Shown here piece by piece: positions 37,345-46,991 of a DNA stretch of 64,000 nucleotides (the stretch's first letter is position 1; each line of letters starts with the position of its first letter). Position numbers and translations under genes: made by a program. Source of the stretch: Bacteroidota bacterium (GTDB taxonomy: Bacteria > Bacteroidota > Bacteroidia > UKL13-3); contig JAIXWI010000034.1 in assembly GCA_027491355.1 (NCBI GenBank), positions 4,240-68,239 of the forward strand, written 5' to 3'. The notes below the pieces were generated by a model that was given only the letters and a program-made list of their open reading frames with translations, was not told the origin of the DNA and did no database searches.

Positions 37345-38355
37345 TTATGGAACCATTAATTGGCTGATAATAGCTTGTTTATCGCCTGAAATATGAACTT
37401 TTGAAGAATTTACTTTTGACTGCAAACCGTTGTTATATGCTTTATCGTAGTAATACAAAACTTCATTGACCCATGCATTGTAATTGCTGTTTTGTAAGGC
37501 TTCAACTGCTATACGGGTTCTTAAATCACCCAATTTTTTACTAATCTGCTTTGTTGCTTGAATCAATTCATCTTTATTATACTTGGCATAGTTTTCAATG
37601 ATGGTATTGATTCTTGACGCTAAATCTTTTTCTATGAAATACAATGGCGCCTTTCGTATTTGTTGGAAAAAAAGGTCTGGTATTTGAATTTTACCAATCA
37701 ACCTGCTTTCATCCTCCACCCAAATGCATTTTTCTCTGTTTTGAAGGTGCAACAGAGAAAACAAATTATTTTCGAACTGTTCTTGAGTAGGTTGGAGTCC
37801 TTTACCTATTCCTCCAAATGCAGATCCTCTATGATTTGCCAACCCTTCTAAATCAATAACTTGCTCTCCATTAAGTCTCAAACTGTAAAGGATGTCTGTT
37901 TTGCCACTTCCTGTATAACCACCAATGACTTTTATTGGATAAGGAACCTCAAAACCCTTTTGAACAAATTGCCTGTATGCTTTGTATCCTCCTTCAATGA
38001 TGGTTACATCAAAACCTGCTGATAACAATAGGTTTCCCAAAATTTGACTACGCAACCCACCCCTCCAACAATGAACTATAAGCTTATTTTTTCCAAACGC
38101 CATGTGAGCATTCTTGATCATTTTGGCAAATTTTGGGGCAACCAATTCATATCCCAGCACCACAGCTTCAAAACTTCCTTTTGTTTTGTAACAAGTTCCT
38201 ACAATTATGCGTTCTTGGTTGTTGAGTAATGGAAAAGAAACTGCTCCAGGAATATGACCTTGTAAAAATTCTGCTTCACTCCTAGCATCCAATAAACAGA
38301 CATGTTCAGTTCGTTGGCTGTATGCTGCAATATCGATTTGCTGGATAGTTCTCAT
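37345..38355 (-). CDS. mnmH: tRNA 2-selenouridine(34) synthase
   Basis: Rhodanese domain (LDARS, GHIPGA, CWRGGLRS) plus P-loop GYTGSGKT, DLEGLANHRGSAFG, EDESRLIG. Confidence 0.93.
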   Translation of the reverse strand: MRTIQQIDIAAYSQRTEHVCLLDARSEAEFLQGHIPGAVSFPLLNNQERIIVGTCYKTKGSFEAVVLGYELVAPKFAKMIKNAHMAFGKNKLIVHCWRGGLRSQILGNLLLSAGFDVTIIEGGYKAYRQFVQKGFEVPYPIKVIGGYTGSGKTDILYSLRLNGEQVIDLEGLANHRGSAFGGIGKGLQPTQEQFENNLFSLLHLQNREKCIWVEDESRLIGKIQIPDLFFQQIRKAPLYFIEKDLASRINTIIENYAKYNKDELIQATKQISKKLGDLRTRIAVEALQNSNYNAWVNEVLYYYDKAYNNGLQSKVNSSKVHISGDKQAIISQLMVP

Positions 38356-38403
38356 GATAAATTTAGGATACTAAAAAAAATTGTTGAAATTTGCGTGTAA
38401 ATT

Positions 38404-39930
38404 ATGGAAGAAAAAGTACTCATCATTGATTTCGGTTCTCAATATACACAACTTATAGCTAGAAGGCTAAGAGAATTGAACGTTTACTCTGAAATACATC
38501 CTTGTACAAACTTACCAACTCTGGATGAACAAACCAAGGCTGTTATTCTGAGTGGAAGTCCCTACAGTGTAAGCGATGGCTTGTTACCTGCAGTTGATTT
38601 GAGTATTTACAGAGGTAAATTACCTTTATTGGGGGTTTGCTATGGAGCACAATATTTGGCTCATGCCAATGGTGGTTTTGTCATGCCTTCAAAAATCAGA
38701 GAATATGGGAGAGCCAATTTGAGCATGGTAAATGACGCCATTTTGTTCGAGGGCATTGCTCTTAATTCTCAAGTTTGGATGAGCCATGGCGACACCATCA
38801 AAGAAATACCAGAGGGTTTTGAAACCATTGCAAGTACTACGTCGGTTGAAAATGCTGCCTTTAAAGTTAAAGGAGAAGCAACTTATGGCATTCAGTTTCA
38901 TCCAGAGGTAACACACAGTACAGATGGAAAAAAATTATTGTTCAATTTTATCAGTAAAATAGCCGGACTTCAACAAAACTGGAACCCAGATCATTTTATT
39001 GCATCCGCTACTCAAGAAATCAAAGAAAAAATTGGATCCGATAAAGTAATCATAGGATTGTCGGGTGGAGTAGATTCTTCAGTAGCCGCTATTTTGCTCA
39101 AAAAAGCCATTGACAAACAATTGATTGGTATATTCATAGACAATGGATTACTCAGAAAAGATGAATTTGAACAAGTATTAGAGGCATACAAAGAAATGGG
39201 CTTGCATGTCATTGGTGTAGATGCAAAATCTCGTTTTTTAAATGAATTAAAAGGAATCAGCGACCCAGAACATAAAAGAAAAACTATTGGCAGAGTTTTT
39301 ATTGAAGTTTTTGAAGAAGAGGCAAATAAATTAGAGGGCATCAAATGGTTGGCTCAAGGCACCATCTACCCTGATGTCATAGAAAGTGTAAGTGTAAAAG
39401 GGCCATCGGCAACCATTAAATCTCATCACAATGTGGGCGGATTGCCAGAGAAAATGCATTTAAAAATTGTAGAGCCTTTGAGAATGCTATTCAAAGATGA
39501 AGTTAGGAATGTTGGGCATGCGCTTGGAATTGATAAAATGATTTTAAACAGACATCCATTTCCAGGACCAGGTTTAGCCATTCGTATTTTAGGTGATGTA
39601 ACTACCGATAAGGTAAGAATTCTTCAGGAAGCTGATGCCATTTTTATTGGTGAATTGAAAACTAAAAACTTGTACCCACAAGTTTGGCAAGCAGGTGCAA
39701 TTTTTTTACCCGTGCAATCTGTAGGTGTTATGGGTGACGAAAGAACTTATGAACATGTCATTTGTTTGAGAGCTGTTACTTCCGTTGATGGTATGACTGC
39801 TGATTTTTGTCATTTACCACATGATTTCTTGAGTTTAGTCGCCAATCGCATCATCAATGAAGTAAAAGGAATAAATCGAGTAGTCTATGATATCAGCTCA
39901 AAACCACCCGCAACGATTGAATGGGAATAA
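38404..39930 (+). CDS. guaA: GMP synthase (glutamine-hydrolysing)
   Basis: [51 protein letters not shown]. Confidence 0.98.
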   Translation: MEEKVLIIDFGSQYTQLIARRLRELNVYSEIHPCTNLPTLDEQTKAVILSGSPYSVSDGLLPAVDLSIYRGKLPLLGVCYGAQYLAHANGGFVMPSKIREYGRANLSMVNDAILFEGIALNSQVWMSHGDTIKEIPEGFETIASTTSVENAAFKVKGEATYGIQFHPEVTHSTDGKKLLFNFISKIAGLQQNWNPDHFIASATQEIKEKIGSDKVIIGLSGGVDSSVAAILLKKAIDKQLIGIFIDNGLLRKDEFEQVLEAYKEMGLHVIGVDAKSRFLNELKGISDPEHKRKTIGRVFIEVFEEEANKLEGIKWLAQGTIYPDVIESVSVKGPSATIKSHHNVGGLPEKMHLKIVEPLRMLFKDEVRNVGHALGIDKMILNRHPFPGPGLAIRILGDVTTDKVRILQEADAIFIGELKTKNLYPQVWQAGAIFLPVQSVGVMGDERTYEHVICLRAVTSVDGMTADFCHLPHDFLSLVANRIINEVKGINRVVYDISSKPPATIEWE

Positions 39931-41086
39931 ACTCTTAATTGTATTTTTAAGTATTTTCTGCCTGCTTTCACAAATTAAAGAAGCTTGTTCTCAAAATACT
40001 TCATATACCAAAGACACCTTGCACCTAGCTGTGCTAATGCCATTTTGCAGTAAAGAAATTTTGGCTGACGAACTCAGCCCAAAATCAGCATTGGGTAATG
40101 CCTGTCGTTCCTATTTTGAGGGCTTAACAATAGGTTTAGACAGCATGTCTAAAAATGGCATTCATATCATTACGCATGTATTTGATACCAAAAATGACAC
40201 CCTTTATTTTAAACAATTGCTTAAAAAAAATGAGGTATTGAATGCCAATTTGATCATTGGACCTGTTGTAGCAGTTGGTCAACAAATTATGAAAAAATTT
40301 AGCGACGAAGCGCATATTTATCATGTTAGTCCTTTGCTTACTTTAACTAAATCTAAAATCGAAGACCCCTATTTGATTTGCATGAACCCTGATTTAGAAT
40401 CTTATGCAGATATCTATTTAAAGCAATGTTATCAATCTGGTCAAACTGATATCAACCTAGTTGTATTTTCAGGCAAAGGCAAAAACGACAAAATCATTGC
40501 AAACAGACTCAATAAAATAAAATCTGAATACCCTAGTTTCAGCATACAATGTTTAGATATCGATAAAAATATCCATTACAAAAACTACTATCAGTTGAAC
40601 AAAACCAATTTGGTTTGGATAGATTCAGAAAACGAATTTCAAGTAAATAGCACCCTAAAAATATTGGCCGACACTACACAATTCATAGACATTCAAGTAA
40701 TAGGCACAAAAAAATGGCTCGACTACAATGCCAATAATTACCCCTTATGGAAAAAATTAGATGTTACCCTTTTGAGTCCTTATTTTTTGGAAACAACTGG
40801 TAAACTTACAACTCAATTTATTGAGCTTTTCAAAGAAATTTATAACAGAGAACCAGATGAATATGCAGTTGCTGGTTATGATCAAGCTATCCTTTTAATT
40901 GATGCATTGGCTAAAAACAATGGAAAATTTAGGGTTGATCAAAACAAAAAGAATGAAGCATTGGTAGGTTCAGAATATCTGATTGGTAGCAAACCACATA
41001 ACAAAGGCTACCAAAACAATTACCTCAATCAATGTAAATTCAACGAGGAATTTATGTGGATCAATGCTGCAAAAACCACTAAATAA
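39887..41086 (+). CDS. Periplasmic-binding-protein-like (PBP1 fold) exported protein; start codon uncertain
   Basis: Hydrophobic signal; [27 protein letters not shown] motifs typical of the guaA-downstream protein in Bacteroidota. Confidence 0.7.
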   Translation: MISAQNHPQRLNGNKLLIVFLSIFCLLSQIKEACSQNTSYTKDTLHLAVLMPFCSKEILADELSPKSALGNACRSYFEGLTIGLDSMSKNGIHIITHVFDTKNDTLYFKQLLKKNEVLNANLIIGPVVAVGQQIMKKFSDEAHIYHVSPLLTLTKSKIEDPYLICMNPDLESYADIYLKQCYQSGQTDINLVVFSGKGKNDKIIANRLNKIKSEYPSFSIQCLDIDKNIHYKNYYQLNKTNLVWIDSENEFQVNSTLKILADTTQFIDIQVIGTKKWLDYNANNYPLWKKLDVTLLSPYFLETTGKLTTQFIELFKEIYNREPDEYAVAGYDQAILLIDALAKNNGKFRVDQNKKNEALVGSEYLIGSKPHNKGYQNNYLNQCKFNEEFMWINAAKTTK

Positions 41087-42482
41087 TTGCTCTGAAAAAT
41101 AAAAACAATAAACCTGAAAGGACTATACTTACAGGAAGTGTCAATATCCATGCTAAAGCAATCATTTTAATTGTTTTGGGTTGCAAATTTTTAACTCCTT
41201 TACTAGCAACCATACTTCCAGCTATACCAGAAGACAATACATGAGTGGTACTAACAGGTAAACCTAACCACGTAGAAAAACCAATGGTTGAGGCTGCTAC
41301 CAATTCCGCACTTGCGCCTTGGGCATACGATAAATGTTGTTTCCCAATTTTTTCACCTATTGTTGTCACAATTCGTTTCCAACCAACCAAGGTGCCAAAA
41401 CCTAAACTCAATGATACCATAAGAATGACCCAATTAGGGGCGTATTCAGTTATAGATTTAATCTTAGTAGTTTCTTTTAATAACTCTTCTTTTTGAATGA
41501 TACTGAGGTTTAAATTCTTACTTTTAATGAGCAATTGAACACCCTGACCAATTTTAACTAAATCTGATCTTACCTCAAATTTTTGGTTGTTTGACATTTG
41601 ATCAAAAGACTGAATTGTCTGAATATTCAACTGAAATTGTGCCAATTCTGATTTGATTTTACTCAATTCCATTTGTTCAGAAGGTATTAACTCAGAGGTA
41701 TCTATTTTGGATAGAATTGAATTGAATTGAATGATATGTTCATTTAATTCAATTGGTTTTCTGGTGAGATCAAGCGTAAAATAACCTGGAACAATTGAAA
41801 TTAAAATGAGCATCACAAGCCCCACTCCTTTTTGTCCATCGTTGGAGCCATGAGAAAAACTTACACCTGTACAAGTCAGTAACAATATCAAACGTATCCA
41901 AAATGGTGGTGGATTGTTTGAATTTGGAGATTTAAAAATAAACTTAGCCTTGATGCTCTGCCTCATGATAAACATTAACAAAATAGCCAAACTAAATCCA
42001 AGTAGTGGTGAAAGGAACAAACTCAAACCAATTTCTTTTGCCTTAGCCCAATTGATAAATACATGTCCGGTTTGGTCTACAAACAAAGAATAAGCCATTC
42101 CTACACCTATGATGGAGCCAATTAATGTATGTGAACTTGAACTTGGAATACCAACATACCAGGTTGCAAAATTCCATAAAATTGCAGTTAACAATAAAGA
42201 GGCAATTAATGCAATGTTTTGATATACATCGGCATTGAGAAGCAGCTCCAAGGGTAATAAATGAGTAATTCCCATGGCAACAGCAATGCCTCCAGCAAAA
42301 ACGCCAATTGCATTCCAAATACCACTCCAAACTACAGCAAATTCTGGTTTGAGAGAATTGGTATAAATAACCGTTGCAACTGCGTTTGCAGTATCATGAA
42401 AACCATTGATAAATTCAAAAATAACAGCTGCCAATAGACAGGTTATCAGAATGATTGTTAAATGTGTTTCTAATCCAAACAT
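41079..42482 (-). CDS. Inorganic phosphate transporter (PiT family)
   Basis: FEFINGFHDTANAVAT, PSSSSHTLIG, FSHGSNDGQKG, PVSTTHVLSS; likely ATG at 42482. Confidence 0.93.
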   Translation of the reverse strand: MFGLETHLTIILITCLLAAVIFEFINGFHDTANAVATVIYTNSLKPEFAVVWSGIWNAIGVFAGGIAVAMGITHLLPLELLLNADVYQNIALIASLLLTAILWNFATWYVGIPSSSSHTLIGSIIGVGMAYSLFVDQTGHVFINWAKAKEIGLSLFLSPLLGFSLAILLMFIMRQSIKAKFIFKSPNSNNPPPFWIRLILLLTCTGVSFSHGSNDGQKGVGLVMLILISIVPGYFTLDLTRKPIELNEHIIQFNSILSKIDTSELIPSEQMELSKIKSELAQFQLNIQTIQSFDQMSNNQKFEVRSDLVKIGQGVQLLIKSKNLNLSIIQKEELLKETTKIKSITEYAPNWVILMVSLSLGFGTLVGWKRIVTTIGEKIGKQHLSYAQGASAELVAASTIGFSTWLGLPVSTTHVLSSGIAGSMVASKGVKNLQPKTIKMIALAWILTLPVSIVLSGLLFLFFRAII

Positions 42483-42635
42483 AACCCTTTGTTCCGACAA
42501 TTATAATGTTCAAATTGTAGAAGTCAAGGTTAATTTTTTATCAGGTAATCATTAGTGAGTACATTTTACTTTAAAATATAGCAATCCGAAAATTAAAATA
42601 TATTACTTTCGCTATACTAAATTAACTTTTTATAT

Positions 42636-44792
42636 ATGAAAAAACTGATTGCTAATCTGCTTGTTTTAAGCATGTTTGCAGGGAATTTTGCTAAAGCCGA
42701 CGAAGGCATGTGGATTCCATCGCTTTTGAAAAACTACAATTACGAGCAAATGAAAGCCAAAGGGCTGAAGTTAACCGCTGAACAATTGTATGATGTCAAC
42801 CACAATTCATTAAAAGACGCCATTGTTTGGTTCAATGGAGGTTGTACCGGAGAAATCATATCGTCTGAAGGATTGGTATTAACCAATCACCATTGCGGAT
42901 ATGATGCCATTGCATCTTTATCAACCAAAGATGACAATATTTTAGACAATGGTTTTTGGGCTAAAAACAAAGGTGAAGAAAGAGCTAAACCAGGAATGTG
43001 GGTTTCTATAGTTCAACGCATTGAAGATGTAAGCGATAGAATTCTACCAATGTTGGCTGGTGTAGATGAAAAAAACAGACCAGATTCTTTGCAAAGAATT
43101 TACAAAAGAATCATTGCTGAAACAACCAAGGGTACTCATTTTGAAGCACAAATCAGAGAGATGTTCAAAGGCAATGCTTACTATTTATTTGTATTTGAAA
43201 AATTCACTGATATCAGGTTGGTAGGTACGCCACCTCAATCGGTAGGTAAATTTGGTGGTGACCCAGACAACTGGATGTGGCCAAGACATACCGGCGACTT
43301 TAGTATGTTCAGAATTTATGCTGGCAAAGACAATAAACCTGCTGCATACTCAACCAATAATGTTCCATACAAACCAAAACACCATTTACCTGTAAGCATG
43401 AAAGGCATCAAGCCTGGAGATTATGCAATGATTATGGGATTTCCTGGAAGAACAAACCGTTATGAATTCTCACAGGGTATTGAAATGGCAATCGAAAAAG
43501 TAAATCCAACCATTGTTAAATTAAGAGCAATTAGGTTACAAGCTTGGAAAGAAGTGATGGATAAAAGTGTGAGTGACCGTTTGTTGTTGTCTGCTGATTA
43601 TGCCAGCATTGCTAACTATTGGAAATATTTTATTGGTCAAACTGAGCAATTAAAAAGACTCAAAGTAGTAGAATACAAAAAAAATGTGGAACTTGATTTC
43701 TACAAATTTGCATTACTGAATAAAGAATACGCGAACGTACTTCCCAATATAGAAAAGGCTTACAATGCTTACAAGCCATTTGCTTTACAAAGAACCTATT
43801 TGAGTGAAGGTATACTAGGTGTAACTGCTAACGCAGCAGCTAGTTCTTTTTATCCTTATATAAAGGCGAGCAAAGAAAACAAAGACAAAGAACAAATTGA
43901 AAAAGCCTTAAAAGCAGCAATAGCAACTACTGAAGATGCTTACAGTTCATTCTTTGCAAGCGCCGATGAAAAGATTTTGGCTCAAATATTGGAACAGTAT
44001 TACAATGACATTCCTGAAGACCAACATCCTTCATACATGAACAAAATCATGCGTTCAAAAGGGAAAACAACTTTAGAAAAATGTCAAAATTTTGCAAACA
44101 AATTGTATGCTAAAAGTATTTTTGGATCAAAAGAAAGGATGCTCGATTTCTGTAAAAATCCTTCCTATAAAAAACTAGCTGCAGACCCTTGTTACGAAAT
44201 GGTTGAAGCATTCTATGATAATTATTTAAACAACTACAAACCAAAAGTTGATGCTTTTGTAGCAGCAATTGCACCTGAAAGTAGAATGTATGTTAAAGGT
44301 TTGCAACTATTGTATCCTAACAAAACCTTTTATCCAGATGCCAATTCTTCTTTGCGTTTAACTTACGGCTCTGTTCAAGGTTATGACCCTAAAGATGCCA
44401 TACACTACGATTATTATACTACTTTAGATGGTGTCATAGAAAAATACGATCCAACAAATTTTGAATTCCAAGTACCTCAAAAATTACTCACCTTACACAA
44501 ATTCAAAGATTATGGTGACTACAAAATGGAAAATGGACAAATGCCTGTTGCATTTATTACCAATAACGACATCACAGGTGGTAACAGTGGTAGCCCTGTG
44601 ATTGATGGAGAAGGCAATTTAATTGGCTTGGCATTTGATGGCAACTGGGAAGCAATGAGTGGTGACATTGTATTTGACGAAAAATTTAAACGTACCATCA
44701 ATGTTGACATCCGTTATGTATTGTTCTTGATTGATAAATTAGGTGAGGCAAAGCATATCGTTGATGAAATGACTTTGGTTAAATCGAAATAA
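42636..44792 (+). CDS. S46 dipeptidyl peptidase, DPP7-type
   Basis: ADEGMW, TNHHC, DNWMWPRHTGDF, TGGNSGSP. FDGNWEAMSGD has Gly (DPP7-type) rather than the Arg of DPP11. Confidence 0.93.
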   Translation: MKKLIANLLVLSMFAGNFAKADEGMWIPSLLKNYNYEQMKAKGLKLTAEQLYDVNHNSLKDAIVWFNGGCTGEIISSEGLVLTNHHCGYDAIASLSTKDDNILDNGFWAKNKGEERAKPGMWVSIVQRIEDVSDRILPMLAGVDEKNRPDSLQRIYKRIIAETTKGTHFEAQIREMFKGNAYYLFVFEKFTDIRLVGTPPQSVGKFGGDPDNWMWPRHTGDFSMFRIYAGKDNKPAAYSTNNVPYKPKHHLPVSMKGIKPGDYAMIMGFPGRTNRYEFSQGIEMAIEKVNPTIVKLRAIRLQAWKEVMDKSVSDRLLLSADYASIANYWKYFIGQTEQLKRLKVVEYKKNVELDFYKFALLNKEYANVLPNIEKAYNAYKPFALQRTYLSEGILGVTANAAASSFYPYIKASKENKDKEQIEKALKAAIATTEDAYSSFFASADEKILAQILEQYYNDIPEDQHPSYMNKIMRSKGKTTLEKCQNFANKLYAKSIFGSKERMLDFCKNPSYKKLAADPCYEMVEAFYDNYLNNYKPKVDAFVAAIAPESRMYVKGLQLLYPNKTFYPDANSSLRLTYGSVQGYDPKDAIHYDYYTTLDGVIEKYDPTNFEFQVPQKLLTLHKFKDYGDYKMENGQMPVAFITNNDITGGNSGSPVIDGEGNLIGLAFDGNWEAMSGDIVFDEKFKRTINVDIRYVLFLIDKLGEAKHIVDEMTLVKSK

Positions 44793-44806
44793 AAATAAAT
44801 CACTTC

Positions 44807-44840
44807 AAATAAAAGTCGCTTCGGCGACTTTTATTTTTTA
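44807..44840 (+). terminator. Intrinsic terminator
   Basis: AAATAAAAGTCGC-TTCG-GCGACTTTTATTTTTT. Confidence 0.85.
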
Positions 44841-44851
44841 ATGAAAATGCA

Positions 44852-45247
44852 ATGAAAACAATTGTTTCAGTTCTATTACTTGTGTTAACAATATCCTGTT
44901 CAGAGAACAAAAGAAAACAACTTCCAGAAAAGGGGTATTTTGGGCAAGCATTCACTACAGATTCTTGTATAGATGTTACACAAATCAATGACAACATGAT
45001 TCAAACCGACAGTTTATCAATAATTGTTTGTGGTAAAATTGGCAATTATTGCAAAGGAGAAGGCTGCTGGTTGAGTATTGACAATCCGAATGGCAAGCCC
45101 CTATTGGTAGAAAATAAAAACAAAAGTTTCATCGTTCCATTTGATATTGGTAAAAAATCAATTCAAGCAAAAGGATTACTTTTAAAAATGGAGCCCAATG
45201 CTAAATATGGTTTCAAACTTATTGCTACGGGTGTGTTAATCCAATAA
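44852..45247 (+). CDS. DUF4920-like lipoprotein
   Basis: Lipobox TISC; YCKGEGCWL; FIVP; ATGVLI C-terminus. Confidence 0.7.
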   Translation: MKTIVSVLLLVLTISCSENKRKQLPEKGYFGQAFTTDSCIDVTQINDNMIQTDSLSIIVCGKIGNYCKGEGCWLSIDNPNGKPLLVENKNKSFIVPFDIGKKSIQAKGLLLKMEPNAKYGFKLIATGVLIQ

Positions 45248-45479
45248 GTGAACCATTCTTTTGATTGGCTTTAGCATAAGCTAAAACCAGTTCAACACTA
45301 GAATCTGAAGGACTTTCAGACAATGTGTTCAGGCAAGATATTTCTTGAACCATAAAATTGTATTGTTCTTGTAAAGATGAATTTCTTAACAATTCGATGG
45401 CCAAGTCATTTGTTAATGCTTGATCCAGTTCTCCATAGTAATACAATAAAAGGTCGTTTGAGGTGTAGTTTTTTGTCAT
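45225..45479 (-). CDS. Small protein downstream of the ECF sigma factor (putative anti-sigma-like)
   Basis: DLLLYYYGE..PSDSSVELVLAYA; co-oriented directly after the ECF sigma gene. Confidence 0.6.
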   Translation of the reverse strand: MTKNYTSNDLLLYYYGELDQALTNDLAIELLRNSSLQEQYNFMVQEISCLNTLSESPSDSSVELVLAYAKANQKNGSLIGLTHP

Positions 45480-45535
45480 ACGTGTTTGTTACAATATCCT
45501 AACGCATGCTACCGACAATTTATTGTGTATGCCAA

Positions 45536-46120
45536 TTAACCCAAATGAACTTGACTCTCTGACAATTGTTTTCTAATATTTGCCAAAGCATACCTCATTC
45601 TGCCCAAAGCCGTATTGACACTCACTCCTGTTTGTGCCGCAATTTCCTTGAAGCTTAAATTTGCCCAATGTCTTAAAATAACAACCTGTTTTTGTTCTTC
45701 AGGTAAATTGAGCACCAACTGTTTAATTTGTTGTTCTGTTTGGTATTGTATGATTTTGTCTTCTTTATTTTGAGTTTCAGCAACGACCAAATAAGAAAAC
45801 AAATCGTTACCCTGACTATCCGTGATGGTTACATCCTTGTTTATTTTTCTTAAATAATCGATGGTTAAATTTCTGGCTACGCGAACGGCCCAACCTACAA
45901 ATTTGCCTTCCTCATTGTAATTTCCACTTCTAAGGGTTTGAATTATTTTGATGAAACTCTCCTGAAAAATATCTTCAGCAAGTGATCGGTTTTTTACCAG
46001 CAAATAAATGGCGGTAAAAATACTTTTTTTGTGACGTCTGATTAACTCCTCTAAAGCAGCGTTGTTGTCTTTTTGAAACAGCTTTACCAAATCATTGTCA
46101 CTAATTTTCTGCATATTCAT
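45536..46120 (-). CDS. ECF RNA polymerase sigma factor
   Basis: AEDIFQESF, YNEEGKF..W, LPEEQKQVVILRH, SFKEIA..VSVNTALGRMRYAL. Confidence 0.93.
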   Translation of the reverse strand: MNMQKISDNDLVKLFQKDNNAALEELIRRHKKSIFTAIYLLVKNRSLAEDIFQESFIKIIQTLRSGNYNEEGKFVGWAVRVARNLTIDYLRKINKDVTITDSQGNDLFSYLVVAETQNKEDKIIQYQTEQQIKQLVLNLPEEQKQVVILRHWANLSFKEIAAQTGVSVNTALGRMRYALANIRKQLSESQVHLG

Positions 46121-46237
46121 GGCAGTAAGTTTAAAAGGTTAAACAATAAAAATTAGTGTAGATTTTTGTCGATAAGCTGTAAGTGTTTTTTTGAATTGAT
46201 GTTTAACGAATATACATTATTTTTAAAAAAAGAAAAA

Positions 46238-46975
46238 TTACTTTTTAGATTGACTCAAATTGAATATGATTCCTGTTCCAAACTGAATGCAAGTAAACGG
46301 AACCTTCAATGAAGAATTTGAATTGGTTGCAGAGGCACCACTTGCGTCAGTAATTTTTATAATACCAAAATCAGGAAAACTTGTCATCAAATCAGCATTC
46401 ATTTGAAATGCGATGCTTTCATTGATTGGAATTGAAAAACCAAATCCAACACAAAATAGCTCTTTCACAACTGAAGAGGCATTCCATTTTAACAACACAG
46501 AATCGTTTAATATGAGGTTGTTTCCAGGACTGTTCATCCAACTCACTCCTGCGCCTATTTTAGAGTACATGGCATAACCTGCGTTTACCTTTGAAAACTT
46601 AAATCCACCTATTAAACTGAATTGCGACCAACTAGAGGTTGACGTAATGTTACTTACATCTTTATTACCCACTTTTACCAATTTTGTAAAATCAGCTTGA
46701 TTAACTGAATTGGTGTTATAATTAGCCACTATGAAGTAGCCAATAGCTGGTTTAACTGCTTGTTCGTATTGTGTTGTTATAAAAGAACCTGTTTGAGCAA
46801 AACCATTTTCAAAGAGTGGGAAATCCGTTTTTCCATAATTTGAAATGGGCATTGATAAACCCGCATGAATACTTAATTGCTGTGCATTCACTGATTTATT
46901 TAGCAGAAAGCAAAAACAAACAACAATAAGCAAAAAGGTTTTTTGTAAACTTGTATCAGGATTGTACTTATACAT
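46238..46975 (-). CDS. Probable outer-membrane beta-barrel protein; start codon uncertain
   Basis: Signal-like N-terminus, amphipathic beta-strand pattern, C-terminal GIIFNL. Confidence 0.55.
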   Translation of the reverse strand: MYKYNPDTSLQKTFLLIVVCFCFLLNKSVNAQQLSIHAGLSMPISNYGKTDFPLFENGFAQTGSFITTQYEQAVKPAIGYFIVANYNTNSVNQADFTKLVKVGNKDVSNITSTSSWSQFSLIGGFKFSKVNAGYAMYSKIGAGVSWMNSPGNNLILNDSVLLKWNASSVVKELFCVGFGFSIPINESIAFQMNADLMTSFPDFGIIKITDASGASATNSNSSLKVPFTCIQFGTGIIFNLSQSKK

Positions 46976-46991
46976 TTTGGAAATTTAAACA

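Noticed and set aside
39887..39930. 44-nt overlap of guaA with the next gene as a special feature
   Set aside because: The start is uncertain (a TTG near 39917 is equally plausible), and this arrangement appears ordinary for the phylum.
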